Shown: positions 41,632-52,336 of the stretch, piece by piece
How positions within the stretch are numbered: the first letter of the stretch is position 1
How the letters are laid out: each line of letters starts with the position of its first letter
NCBI GenBank assembly: GCA_963695095.1
Contig: CAVOFT010000001.1
Span: forward strand, 1,056,001 to 1,120,000
DNA length: 64,000 nucleotides
DNA from: an uncultured bacterium
GTDB taxonomy: Bacteria; Krumholzibacteriota; Krumholzibacteriia; JACNKJ01
Direction of reading: 5' to 3'
Translations under genes and position numbers: made by a program
The notes under the pieces: model-generated
Database searches by the model: none
What the model saw: the letters and a program-made list of their open reading frames with translations, nothing else
What the model was told of the DNA's origin: nothing

Positions 41632-42523
41632 GCGCATACGCATCCTCGAGGTGGGGCCGCGCGACGGCCTGCAGAACGAGGGGCGCATCGTGCCCACGGC
41701 CGAGAAGCTGCGCTTCATTGCGGCCCTCGCGGAGTCAGGGCTGCGCGAGATCGAGGTCAGCAGCTTCGTCCACCCCGAGCTGATCCCCCAGCTCGCCGAT
41801 GCCGAGGATCTGGTGGCGGGCCTGCCGGCGGCGGCCGGCCTCACCTACTCGGCCCTCGTGCCCAACGAGCGCGGCCTCGACCGGGCGCTGGCCACGGGCA
41901 TCGGACGCATCGCGGTCTTCACCGCGGCCAGCGAGACCTTCACCGAGCGCAACATCCGCATGAGCATCGAGGAGAGCTTTTCGGTGTTTGGCCCGCTCAT
42001 CGCGCGGGCCAGGGCGGCGGGACTCAGCGTGCGCGGGTACCTGTCGGTCTGCTTCGTGTGCCCCTACGAGGGGGATATCCCCAAGGAGCGTGTTCGCCCC
42101 CTGGTCGAGCGCCTGCTCGAGCTCGGCGTGGACGAGGTGGGGGTCAGCGACACCATCGGCGCCGCGGCGCCGCGCGAGGTGGCCGAGACCACGGCCTACC
42201 TGCTCGAGCGCGTGCCGGCCGAGCGCCTCGCCCTTCACTTCCACGACACCTACGGCACGGCGCTGGCCAACGTGCTGGCGGGGCTCACGCTCGGCATCCG
42301 CAGCTTCGATGCGGCGACTGCCGGCCTCGGCGGCTGTCCCTACGCGCCCGGCGCGGCGGGCAACCTGGCCACCGAGGACCTCGTCTACATGCTGGGGCGC
42401 ATGGGCTACGAGACGGGCGTGGATCTGGAGGCGCTGGTCGCCGCGGGCGCGGGGATGGCCGGCTTTCTCAGCCGCCAGCCGACGAGCCGGCAGTGGCGGC
42501 GGCTGGGGGGCGGGAAGCGCTAG
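41624..42523 (+). CDS. liuE: hydroxymethylglutaryl-CoA lyase
   Basis: EVGPRDGLQNE, SDTIG, HFHDTYG, GLGGCPYAPGA.GN. Confidence 0.95.
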   Translation: MPERIRILEVGPRDGLQNEGRIVPTAEKLRFIAALAESGLREIEVSSFVHPELIPQLADAEDLVAGLPAAAGLTYSALVPNERGLDRALATGIGRIAVFTAASETFTERNIRMSIEESFSVFGPLIARARAAGLSVRGYLSVCFVCPYEGDIPKERVRPLVERLLELGVDEVGVSDTIGAAAPREVAETTAYLLERVPAERLALHFHDTYGTALANVLAGLTLGIRSFDAATAGLGGCPYAPGAAGNLATEDLVYMLGRMGYETGVDLEALVAAGAGMAGFLSRQPTSRQWRRLGGGKR

Positions 42524-42530
42524 CCGACGC

Positions 42531-42593
42531 GCTCTTGTCACGTGCCAAGGCGCCTGGCGATTCTCCCGCGCGGCGCGTGCAGCCGGCTGGGCC
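42531..42593 (+). repeat. bipartite repeat element: CTTGTCACGTGCCAAG (1 mismatch) plus CAGCCGGCTGGGCC
   Basis: Fills the gap between convergent stops at 42523 and 42595. Confidence 0.8.
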
Positions 42594-42594
42594 T

Positions 42595-43848
42595 CTACTT
42601 GCCCTCGTCCTTGCCGCGGACGTAGTACTCGATCGGGTGCACCTGTCCCTGGAAATCGACGAGATTGATCAGCAGCGTGCCGCTGCCATAGGCCTGCTCG
42701 TAGCGGATCCTGAGTGGGCTGAGGTCGAAGTGCTCGTTCGTCGTGAAGGCCGCGTCGCAGTCCTCTTCCAGCTCGTGGACCAGCACCGCGCGCACCTGCA
42801 CCGGGTTCGACTCCATGAAGCCGCCCGAGATGTAGCAGGTCCAGGGGTGCTCGGGCTGGCAGCCGCTGAAGGCCACGCGCAGGGCCAGGCAGTCCTCCTC
42901 GATGCGCGCCGCGATGAACTGCCAGTGGGCATCGTGCAGCGAGTCGGGCGGCAGGTCCGTGAAGACCACCGGCTCCGCGTTCGGCGCTCCGCCCCAGTGG
43001 ATGCCGAAGTCCGCGTGCAGGAAGCTCTGCGGATCGCCGTCGGGGCCCGGCGCGATGAGCACGCTGAGCGGGTTGGGCGTCGTGAAGAGGGGCGGGATCA
43101 TGTCGAAGATGGAGAAGTCGCAGGTGACCTGGTAGATGCCCACGGACGCGATGGGCAGAGCCCAGCGGCCCTCAGCATCGCTGTAGGCCAGGAGCAGGTC
43201 GCCGCCGGGCGTCTCCACGATGATCGGCGCGCCGTGCCAGCCCGGCTCGCCCTGCTCCGGCAGCCCGTTCGCGTTGCGATCCACCCACACGCGGCCGCCC
43301 AGGCGGGCGAGTCCGGGCGCGAGCCCCGCGTCCAGGCGCGCGCCGAAGGCGAAGGAGCCGAGGCCGGGATCGTGGAAGACCCAGAGCTTGGCCCGCGAGG
43401 TCTCGCCCGTCTCGAGCACGCCGTCCTCGCCGAGCAGCTCGGAGTAGTCGAAGCCGTAGGCCGGCGGCAGCACGTCCGCCAGGCCGCCCGACATGGCCAC
43501 CGCGTCCGGGTTCACCACGCTCACGACCGGCGGCCGGAAGGCGCCCAGCCAGATCATCACCGGCGGATGGATGTCGGCGCCGACATTGCGGATCGAGACC
43601 TGGATGGAGAGCTCCTCGGACTGGGGATCGATCTCGAGTCCGCCGCCGATCAGCTCGACGACCAGCGGGTTGCCGGGCAGGGTGTCCGTGACGCCGAGCA
43701 GGAACTCGCCGCCGTCGGCGTCGAAGCTGCCGCCCAGGGCCAGGTTGCCGGCGCCGGGGCCGCCCCCGGGGGCGGTGCCATCCGAGCAGCCGGCGAGGAC
43801 GAGCAGCGCGAAGGGCAGCAGGCGCAGGGAGCGCGGAAGGGCGATCAT
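42595..43848 (-). CDS. lipoprotein with SdrD-B-like domain
   Basis: LAGC lipobox; GRVWVDRNANG..EQGEPG; ADFG. Confidence 0.7.
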   Translation of the reverse strand: MIALPRSLRLLPFALLVLAGCSDGTAPGGGPGAGNLALGGSFDADGGEFLLGVTDTLPGNPLVVELIGGGLEIDPQSEELSIQVSIRNVGADIHPPVMIWLGAFRPPVVSVVNPDAVAMSGGLADVLPPAYGFDYSELLGEDGVLETGETSRAKLWVFHDPGLGSFAFGARLDAGLAPGLARLGGRVWVDRNANGLPEQGEPGWHGAPIIVETPGGDLLLAYSDAEGRWALPIASVGIYQVTCDFSIFDMIPPLFTTPNPLSVLIAPGPDGDPQSFLHADFGIHWGGAPNAEPVVFTDLPPDSLHDAHWQFIAARIEEDCLALRVAFSGCQPEHPWTCYISGGFMESNPVQVRAVLVHELEEDCDAAFTTNEHFDLSPLRIRYEQAYGSGTLLINLVDFQGQVHPIEYYVRGKDEGK

Positions 43849-44007
43849 GGCGGCCTCCGGGGATGGGCCACGGTGGGGGCGGGCCCCCGAAGTATAGCGG
43901 AAGCCGCGCCTCGCAGGCAATCGGGCGGCTCCGCCCGCGCTCGCGAATCCAGGCGCCGGCGGGCCTTCCGGCGGCCTGGGGGCGGCGTGCGGTGGTCCCA
44001 GCCGCAC

Positions 44008-44073
44008 TGTACACGTGTACAATCGACCGGCGATCCGCCCCCGGGGGCGGGAACCGGGTCCAGCCGGCTGGCC
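44008..44073 (+). repeat. bipartite repeat variant: TGTACACGTGTACA (44008-44021), GC hairpin, CCAGCCGGCTGG (44060-44071)
   Basis: Read directly; palindrome identical to the one inside HNH2. Confidence 0.8.
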
Positions 44074-44202
44074 TTGCAGCCAGCCTCCTCACCAAACCCG
44101 CTCGCGATCGATTTCACGCTTGGCCGCCCCCGCGCCGGCGAGGATACTCCGCCACGAGGGCGGCAGTGCGCCCGTCCGACACCGCGCAGGAAAGGGCAGA
44201 GG

Positions 44203-45723
44203 GTGGCCGCGAGAAAGGCAAAGACAGCGCGGCGGGCCGCTGGAATCGGCGGTTCCCATCAGGAGAGGGGCTCTCTCGATCGCTTCTTCGCTGCTTCGCA
44301 AGGCCGTCCGCGCCGCGCCGTGGCAGAGCTGGTCGTGGCGGCGATCCTGCTCATCCTCTGCCTGATCAACTTCCGCGGCATCGCCGACAACGGCCTGGTC
44401 AACGACGATTTCGTCTGGCTGCACGATGCCCGCCAGGTGATGGAACCGGGCAATCTCGCCACGCACCGCGTCATCGGCTTCTTCCGGCCGCTCGTGAACG
44501 TCTCCTTCTGGGCGCAGGAGCAGCTCCTGCCCGGGCAGATCGAGTACTACAACCTGTTCAACCTGCTCGTGCACTGGCTCAACACCCTGCTGGTCTTCCA
44601 GCTCATCGCCCGCCTGGTCCCGGGCCGGCTCCACGCGCTGGCGGCGGCAGCGCTCTTCGCGATCTCGGACGATCACATCGGCGCCGTCCTGTGGATCAGC
44701 GCCAGGACGACCCTGCTTGCCGCCTGCTTCCTTCTCGCCTCCCTGGTCGTGTTGCTGTCGCCGGCCAGGCGGCGGCGGCTGGCGCTCGCCGCCGCGCTTC
44801 TCCTCTACTGCCTGGCCCTGGCCGCCAAGGAGACGGCCACCGTGGGTGGCCTGCTGGTGCTCCTGATCTTCCTGCTCACGCGCCGGCGCCAGGAGGGCGC
44901 ACTGCTGTCAGGCAGCGCCGTCATCGCCTACTTCGCCACGACCGCGCTGTATCTGGCTCTGCGCATGGCGCTCATGGGCGGCTTCGCGCAGGACACCTGG
45001 GGTCCGGGACCGCACGGCTTCCGCAACCTGGCCGCGGGCGCCTTCAACCAGCTCTACCCGCAGGCCCTCTTGCACAGCCTCTATCCCCCCGCCGTGCGGA
45101 TGCCCCAGTTCGCCAACCCCTGGATGCCGGAGCTGCTGGCGCTGCCGGCGCTGGGCCTGCTGCTCTGGCTGGGCCGGCGACTCGGTCGGGCCTACCCCGT
45201 GCTGCTGGGCATGGGCTGGATGCTGATCGCCCTCATCCCGGCGTCCTTCTTTCGCTACCGCTTCCAGCACTTCGAGTCGATCCAGCAGACCCGCTACTAC
45301 TACCTCGCCACGATCGGCGCCGTGCTCGTGTTCACCAGCCTGCTCGCCGTGCTGTGGGACTCGAAGTCGGCGCGGCGCCGCGTTGCCGCGGCCGCGATCG
45401 TTCTCCTTGCCGGCCTGGCCTGCCTGCGCTTCAACGACCGGGCCAGGGAGAAGTGGAGGGCGACGGGCGAGATCTACCGACCCTACATCGCCTCCGTCAT
45501 GCGCGCGCCGCTGCAGCACCCCGGGTTCTCGACGGTCGCCGTGGAAATCGCCGCCATGCCCTTCCCCTTCCTCCAGGCCGCCGTCAACTACGACATGCCC
45601 GGGCTCGAGCTGCGGGAAGTCGTCGGCGGCAGAGAGGTGGCAGCGGCCTGGCGGCCCTGCGTCTACGTCTGGTACTCCCAGGAAGGCGGCAGGGTGCAGG
45701 TGCACTACGAGGCGCTGCCCTGA
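44203..45723 (+). CDS. GT-C fold (TMTC/ArnT-like) membrane glycosyltransferase
   Basis: DDFVWL, FFRPL, NLLVH, AVLWISAR, KETA, RYYY; start uncertain. Confidence 0.7.
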   Translation: MAARKAKTARRAAGIGGSHQERGSLDRFFAASQGRPRRAVAELVVAAILLILCLINFRGIADNGLVNDDFVWLHDARQVMEPGNLATHRVIGFFRPLVNVSFWAQEQLLPGQIEYYNLFNLLVHWLNTLLVFQLIARLVPGRLHALAAAALFAISDDHIGAVLWISARTTLLAACFLLASLVVLLSPARRRRLALAAALLLYCLALAAKETATVGGLLVLLIFLLTRRRQEGALLSGSAVIAYFATTALYLALRMALMGGFAQDTWGPGPHGFRNLAAGAFNQLYPQALLHSLYPPAVRMPQFANPWMPELLALPALGLLLWLGRRLGRAYPVLLGMGWMLIALIPASFFRYRFQHFESIQQTRYYYLATIGAVLVFTSLLAVLWDSKSARRRVAAAAIVLLAGLACLRFNDRAREKWRATGEIYRPYIASVMRAPLQHPGFSTVAVEIAAMPFPFLQAAVNYDMPGLELREVVGGREVAAAWRPCVYVWYSQEGGRVQVHYEALP

Positions 45724-45824
45724 AGGGACGTGGTTGCCTCGATGGCGCCTCATGATCTGCTAGAGTCAGCCTCTCCGCTGCTTGGCCGAGCAATGGACAT
45801 CCGATCGGAAAGAGGAGGAGCGTG

Positions 45825-46736
45825 ATGATGAGGCCGAAGATGAACCGACTACTGGTGACAACAGCGGCGCTCGCCGGATTTGCGCTGTGTCTCGTGGCGG
45901 TGGCACCGCAGGCACTGGCAGAGCCGACCCAGCTCACCAGCACCGGGGGAGCGCATCCCGCAGCCTCTCCGGATGGAAACTGGGTGGCCTTCGCGGTGCC
46001 GGGCGGCGGCATTGCCCGGATTTCAGCCGCTGGCGGAGCGCCTGAGCTGTTGTGCGCGAGCGGCGGCGAGCCGGACTGGGGACGTGCAGGGAGTCTGATC
46101 GTCTTCCGTGATGGTGAGGAGCTGTTCACGATCGATGCGGAAACGCAGGAGATCCAGCCGATCCGGCAGGGAGGTTTCGACGATGACCCAGCCTGGTCGC
46201 CAGCGGGAGATGAGATTGCCGCCCAGGGAACGTCAACGAGCATTGCCCTCATCGCATACCCAGGCGGGCAGGTGACGACGATTCCCTGCACCGACCCGGA
46301 TGGCAGCGGCTGCGAAGGCGAAGGGCCGACCTGGTCGCCCAATGCAGCACAGCTGGCGTTCGAGGATGGTCTGGACCTGCTGAAGGTCGCCCGCAACGGC
46401 GGTACCGCCGAGCTCATCTACCACTGCGAGTGGGATCTCGCCCAGCCTGCTTGGTCACCGGCTGGTCGCTGGATTGCCATCACGCGCGGCGATGCCGCTT
46501 CGTGGGAGAATAGTCACATCTGGATCGTCGACCAGGCAGGAGACGCTTTCGGACTCGTCCAGCAGACCATGGGCGATGCCGAGGACTACCACCCGGCATG
46601 GTCACCCGATGGCAGCCGGATCTACTTCCAGTCCAATCGCTCCGGGAGTACCGAGATCTGGGTGGTCGATGCCCAGGAAACGACGGCCACGGCCGCCTCG
46701 ACCTGGAGCCAGGTGAAGAGCTTCTACCGCGATTGA
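45825..46736 (+). CDS. TolB-like (PD40) beta-propeller secreted protein
   Basis: Repeated PAWSP; FQSNRSGSTEIW; C-terminal STWSQVKSFYRD. Confidence 0.85.
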   Translation: MMRPKMNRLLVTTAALAGFALCLVAVAPQALAEPTQLTSTGGAHPAASPDGNWVAFAVPGGGIARISAAGGAPELLCASGGEPDWGRAGSLIVFRDGEELFTIDAETQEIQPIRQGGFDDDPAWSPAGDEIAAQGTSTSIALIAYPGGQVTTIPCTDPDGSGCEGEGPTWSPNAAQLAFEDGLDLLKVARNGGTAELIYHCEWDLAQPAWSPAGRWIAITRGDAASWENSHIWIVDQAGDAFGLVQQTMGDAEDYHPAWSPDGSRIYFQSNRSGSTEIWVVDAQETTATAASTWSQVKSFYRD

Positions 46737-46835
46737 GATGGGCGTGGTCGCCCTGCCATGGCGGACGGAGCCACTCACAGACACGAAGCGGCTGCGGGAA
46801 AGCCCGCAGCCGCTCGCGTTTCCGCTCTCGCCCAC

Positions 46836-49295
46836 CTACTCGATGCCGATGCCGTCGATGAGAATCGCCGAGTCGAAGATGCTGTCGCCGATGTCGCCCG
46901 CCGCGAAGCGCAGGGTCACGGTCTGGCCGGCCCAGGGGGCGATGTTCAGGCTCAGCGCCCGCCAGCCCGTGCGGTAGACGCCGGCGTCGTCGCCCAGCGG
47001 GCCCTGATCGAACTGGATGCCCGCCGGCGTGACGTCGTCGCACATGTCGTCGATCTCGATCAAGAACAGCACGGTCTCGGTCTCGTCGGCCGCGATCACG
47101 CTCACCTGGAAGAAGTCCTGGAAGCCGCTGCCGCACCACTCGAGGAATTCCTCGGAGAAGAAGTTGTAGTTGAGGGCCAGCGTCGTCGCCCCGATCGGCA
47201 CGCAGACCACCTGGTTGATCTCGCCCGTGTTCAGCGTGTAGCCCAGGCCCGTGGAGACGATGCCCATCGCATTGCCGACGACGGGGCTCTGGTCGCCCAG
47301 CCGGGAGATCACGCGGCCGTCGCCCACGACATCCCAGGCCGCCAGCGTGCCCAGCGCGAAGTCGCCGTTCTGCAGCTCGGTGCCGTAGCTCAACTCGGCG
47401 TTGCCCGCCGCCGTGAAGGCCGCGTGGCGATGGCCGGGGTCCGTCTGCGGCGCGGCCGCGTGGGCCGGACCGCTGCGCAGGCCGCTCTCGAGGATGCCGC
47501 TCCAGAAGCTCAGCGAGGCCTCGTTGGCGAAGTCCACGCTGACGCTGGCGTCGAAGCCCGCCACGAACCCGGCGCCGCTGCCGAGCAGGGCCACGGGCCA
47601 GATGTTGTTGGTCGTCACGTCGCAGGCGGCGATCTGCAGCAGGGTGTCCGGGAAGCGCGTGTTGTACTTGGCGATGAAGGCCGCCTTCACCGCGAAGACG
47701 CTGACCCCCTCCACGCGCACGATGCACATGGCCGGGTTGGCGTCGAAGAGATCCCAGGCGTGGGCGAGGCAGCGCTGGTAACTCACGGTCTCGCCCGTGA
47801 GCAGGGCTACCTGGCCGCCGGCCAGCTGCGCCGAGTGCGTGAAGATGCTCACCGCGCCGTAGCGCTCCAGCGAGCGCAGGGCGTCCACCGTGGCCTCGTC
47901 GTCGGCGAGGAAGCGCAGGCCGAAGCTGGGGCAGTGGGCCGCCTCGAACATGGCCGCGACCGCCGCGCCGGGCTCGTCCACGCCGGGCAGTCCGGCCAGC
48001 CAGCTCGCGAAGGGGCTGTAGACGAGGGCCAGGTTCGAGTCCACCTCGTTCAGGTTGCCGAGATTGCGGTCCCCGGGCGCGCGGGGCAAGGCCGGCTCGC
48101 CCACGCTCATCAGATGCCGGGTGGTCGCCGGATCGCGGTGGGGCCGCGCCGCGCGCGGCAAGGGGGCCGGCTTGGCCGCGGCGCTCGCGCCGTAGACCGG
48201 GCCCAGGGCCGGGTCCACGAGGAGCACGCCCGCCTCGAAGCCGTTGTTGTAGACCGCCCAGATGCTGCCGCCGTCCGGCGACAGGTAGGCGTCCACGACG
48301 TGGTCCTTGGCATCCAGCCAGACCACAAGGGCCTCGCGCGCGGCATCCAGATCGCCGGCCCCGTTCGAGGAAGTTCTCCCAGCGCGCTTCCACGGAGTCC
48401 TGGTAGGCCAGGGCCACGTTGACGATGCCCTCCGTGGGCGGCAGGCGCACGGGCAGCTCGGTGATCACCGACCAGCTCGCATGCGGCAAGCCGGTCACGT
48501 TGGAGACGGCCCGGGCCAGGGCGCGCAGGTAGACCGTCTGCGGCGCCACGATGAAGAGGTTCTCGACGATCGCCGAGTAGTTGCCGTCGGCCATGATCTC
48601 GTCGCCGTTGTCGAGGTCGCCGTTGTCGGCGAGCGGCGAGAGCACGCTCACGCTGTCGCCGCTGTCCGTGACGCGGTAGAGCGCCACGCTCTGCACGTCG
48701 AGCGAGTCGGCCACCATGAGCTCGGCGACGACGCGCAGGTCCGTGGGGTCGGAGGCGGTGAGCCCCTGCGGCACCGCCACCGGCCCCCGCGTGAAGACGA
48801 GGTCCGTGCTCTGGATGGGCAGCTCGATGGCCGGCGTCCAGAGCGTGAGCGTGGCGCTGAGCGGCATTGCGGGCCGTGAGCAGGGCGGCGATGTGGAGCA
48901 GGCCCGGCTCGCCGTAGCTGAGCTCGGCCGCCACGCCCGAGTAGATCTTGTCGGCGGCCACCATGTCGGCGTCGCCGGCGTCGCCCGTGTCGGTGAGCGT
49001 GGCCAGGGTGCCGAGCGAGGCGCCCGCTCGCGCTCACGCTGTGCAGGACGACGCTCTCGAGCGCGTAGCCCGCCGGCGCTTCGGCCTTGAGGCGAGCGAC
49101 GAGGTCCACGGGGGTGTCCACGAGCAGCACCTGGCGGTCGATGCTGAGCGCCTCGAGCAGGGTGATCGCGGGGGCCTGGGGATCGTCGCCCGGGCCCTCG
49201 GTGCCGGGACTCGTGCTCTTCGAGCAGCCGCCGGGAATGAGGGCGGCGAAGAGGACCAGGGCTGCCAGGGCCCGGCCGGTATCCTGCAGGCGCAT
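46836..49295 (-). CDS. large lipoprotein with tandem choice-of-anchor-X-like domains (frameshifted)
   Basis: PGGC lipobox; LTDTGDAGDADMVAADKIYS and LADNGDLDNGDEIMADGNYS; C-terminal NGDF...DIGDSIFDSAILID; pieces in several frames. Confidence 0.65.
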
Positions 49296-49422
49296 GCGGA
49301 TCTCCTTCTGTAGCGCGTGAGAGCGAAGGCTCTATCAGCTATCGGAAGGACGCGGGCGCCGCTTGAGGACAATGGAAAGCCCGGGCGGCGAGGGCCGGCC
49401 CGGGCGGGAGCTTGTCGACTAA

Positions 49423-51180
49423 CTAGCGCAATTTCATCAACTTGCCCGAGTGCACGGCCTCGCCGGCGGCGAGGCGGTAGAGGTAGAGCCCGGCCGGGAG
49501 TGCCCGGCCGGCCGCGTCGCGGCCGTCCCAGGCCAGGCGCTGCTCGCCGCCGGCCACGAGGCCGGTGGCGGGCGTCGCCACGCGGCGGCCGGCGCAGTCG
49601 AAGATCTCGAAGCGCAGCGTGGCGGGTCCGGCGAGCGCGAAGACGAGGCCCGTCTCGGCGCGGAAGGGGTTCACCAGCACGCGCGGCGCGGCGGCGAAGG
49701 CATCCAGCGCGGGCACGCCCACCGGCCAGTCGTAGTGGATCGTGATGCTCAGCTCGTCGTTGGCGGGGTTCTCGTCGCCGGCGAGCAGCGTGCGCGCGGT
49801 GAGCGTGTAGCTGCCGGGCGCAGGCGGCAGCCAGGCGGGATCCACGACCAGGGTGTCGATGGCCGCGAAGGGCAGGCTCCGCGTCCAGCTCCCCGCGCCC
49901 CAGCCGCCCTCCAGCTCGACGGTCACGCCGGCCTGGCCGGCGAGGCCGAAGTTCGTCGCCTGGATGATGAGGGGAATCGGCTCGCCGGCGCCGAACTGCT
50001 GGCCGTCTACCAGGCCGCCGAAGCGCAGGATGCCGGTGTCGTTGGCGTACACCGTGCCCAGCAGCCGATCGACGCCGAACTTGCAGAGGTAGTTGGTCAC
50101 CCAGGTCATGTCCTCGGTGACGGGGTCCGTGCTCTCGGCGAGGATGCCGCCGTCGTCGTCGGTGTCGTAGGAGAGCAGGGCGTCGGTGACGAGCTTGCCG
50201 TTGGCCCAGTAGGAGGCGTCGCCGGTCAGATCCCAGACGGCGAAGTGGGCGTTGGCGTAGGCCACGTTCCAGGAGGAGTCCCAGTCGTAGCCGGGCACGC
50301 TGTACCAGTCCTGCCAGATCTGGAGATACTGGCCATTCGTGGCGAGCCAGCTCTGCCCGAACGCCGGATCGTCCCGGAAGACCGAGTTGCAGACGCCCCA
50401 GAGCGCGGTGCCGCTGCTCATCGCCCAGTACTCCTCGGCCAGGCGCGTCGAGGGGTTGACGTTGATGTAGTTGAGCACGTCCGTGCCCTGCGCGACGGCC
50501 GCGTTCATGTAGACGCGCGTTGCCCACGGCCTCGCCGTAGAGGTAGAGGTTGCCGGCCGCCCAGCCCTTGCAGAAGGCGTCCAGGCGCTGGGCCCAGATC
50601 GTGCCGTCGATGACGAGCGGGTTGTCCACGATGTACTGCGCGCAGGTCTCGGCGTAGGCGTCGAAGCTCGGGTCGCCCGTGGCCGCCTTGTACATGAGCA
50701 CGGCGGTGAGGCCCCAGGCGCAGTTGTGCACGCGGTAGTAGTTGTCGTTCGCGGCGCCTTCCTCGAGCCAGGCCGGGTAGTTCGTCGAGTAGATCCAGGC
50801 GGCGGCCATGTTGTCGTCGTAGGCCGTGCTGCCGGTGAGCTGCTTGTAGCGCGACCAGCACCAGATGGCCTCCAGCGTGTTGTCGGTCTGGATGACGTTG
50901 CCGAGGTAGCCGCCCTCGGCCTCGATCTCGCCGCCGTAGTCGCTGGAATCGGGGTCGCTCACCTGCCAGACGGCGAGGAACTCGACGATCTGGTCGAACT
51001 CGCGCAGGTAGTTGAAGGGGCGCGAGCGCTCGGCGGCATCGCGCGCCCGCCGGCGGGGCCACCCTCGAGCCAGAGCTGCCAGTCGGCGTCCCCGTCAAGG
51101 GCAGGGTCGGGCGCCGGTGCGGTGGCGAGGGCGAGTGCGGGCAGGACGAGCAGGCAAAGGGCGACGGCGAGACGGCGCAT
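49423..51180 (-). CDS. secreted (alpha/alpha)6-barrel-like protein with CARDB-like and FlgD-Ig domains (frameshifts near 51020 and 50512)
   Basis: Signal peptide; Trp/Tyr-rich helical repeats; DENPAND; NPF...IFDCAGRRV...WDGRD. Confidence 0.65.
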
Positions 51181-51311
51181 GGCGGACCTCTCGGGCTGGA
51201 GACAGGCGGAACTCCATTATAGACCGAGCGCCCGACCCTCAACAAGCGGCGCTCTTGCAATCCTACGCCAACCGGGGCATCCTGCGGCCTTCCCTGACAG
51301 CATGAGGCGGC

Positions 51312-52187
51312 ATGGGCGAGCTTTACGCACTCGGCGCGGCCCTGGTCTGGGCCTTCGCGGTGATCTTCTTCAAGCGCTCGGGCGAGACGATGTCGCCCTT
51401 CGCGCTGAATCTCTTCCGCGTGGGCATCTCCCTGGTGGTGCTGGTGCCGATCCTGCTCCTGAGCGGCCAGCAGCTCTGGCGCCCCCTGCCCTGGCGCGAC
51501 TACGCCGTGCTGGCCGCCAGCGGCGTGCTCGGCATCGCCATCGCCGACACCTTCTTCCACCGCGCGCTGTTTCGCCTGGGCGCGGGCCTCACCTCCATCG
51601 TCGACTGCATGTACTCGCCCTTCATCGTGGGTTTCGCCTTCCTCATCCTCGGCGAGCGGCTGAGCCCCTGGCAGCTCGCGGGCATGGCCCTGGTGATCAT
51701 CGCCGTGTTGCTCACCACGCGGGCGCGCCTGCCAGAGGGCGTGGACCGCCGTGGACTGCTCGTGGGCATCGCCTACGGCGTGGCGGCGATGGGCACGATG
51801 GGCCTGGCCATCGTCTGGGTGAAGCCCGTGCTCGAGCGCACGCCCGTGCTCTGGGCGACCACCGTGCGCCAGATCGCGACCTTCGCCTTGATGGTCCCCG
51901 CGGCCCTCCTCCACCCGCGGCGCCGCCACCTGCTCGGCGTCTTCCGGCCCGCCGCGAACTGGCGCTTCAGCCTGCCGGGCACCCTGCTCGGCTCCTGTCT
52001 CGCCCTGCTGCTCTGGATCGGCGGCATGAAGTACACGCAGGCGGGCGCGGCGGCCATCCTCAATCAGACGAGCACCATCTTCATCCTGCTCCTGGCGACG
52101 GTCTTCCTGCGCGAGCCGCTCACGAAGCGCAAGCTCGTGGCCGTGCTGCTCGCCTTCGGCGGCATCGCCCTGGTGACGCTCGGCTAG
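51312..52187 (+). CDS. DMT/EamA family transporter
   Basis: 10 TM segments, two EamA repeats (LGERLS, FLREP). Confidence 0.9.
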   Translation: MGELYALGAALVWAFAVIFFKRSGETMSPFALNLFRVGISLVVLVPILLLSGQQLWRPLPWRDYAVLAASGVLGIAIADTFFHRALFRLGAGLTSIVDCMYSPFIVGFAFLILGERLSPWQLAGMALVIIAVLLTTRARLPEGVDRRGLLVGIAYGVAAMGTMGLAIVWVKPVLERTPVLWATTVRQIATFALMVPAALLHPRRRHLLGVFRPAANWRFSLPGTLLGSCLALLLWIGGMKYTQAGAAAILNQTSTIFILLLATVFLREPLTKRKLVAVLLAFGGIALVTLG

Positions 52188-52259
52188 TCTTGATTCGTCA
52201 AGAGGCCTGCGCATCAGCGGCCCCTGCGTGCGCCGATGGCTTTTCTCGTTGCGATGCAC

Positions 52260-52288
52260 TTGACCTATGCTCAGGTCCATAGTATAAT
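52260..52288 (+). promoter_or_regulatory. near-consensus sigma70 promoter of HNH2
   Basis: TTGACC (52260-52265), 17-nt spacer, TATAAT (52283-52288). Confidence 0.82.
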
Positions 52289-52336
52289 ACTGGCCTCTCC
52301 CCGCCTCCCGCGTCCTCGATCCTGCGAGGACTTTCC

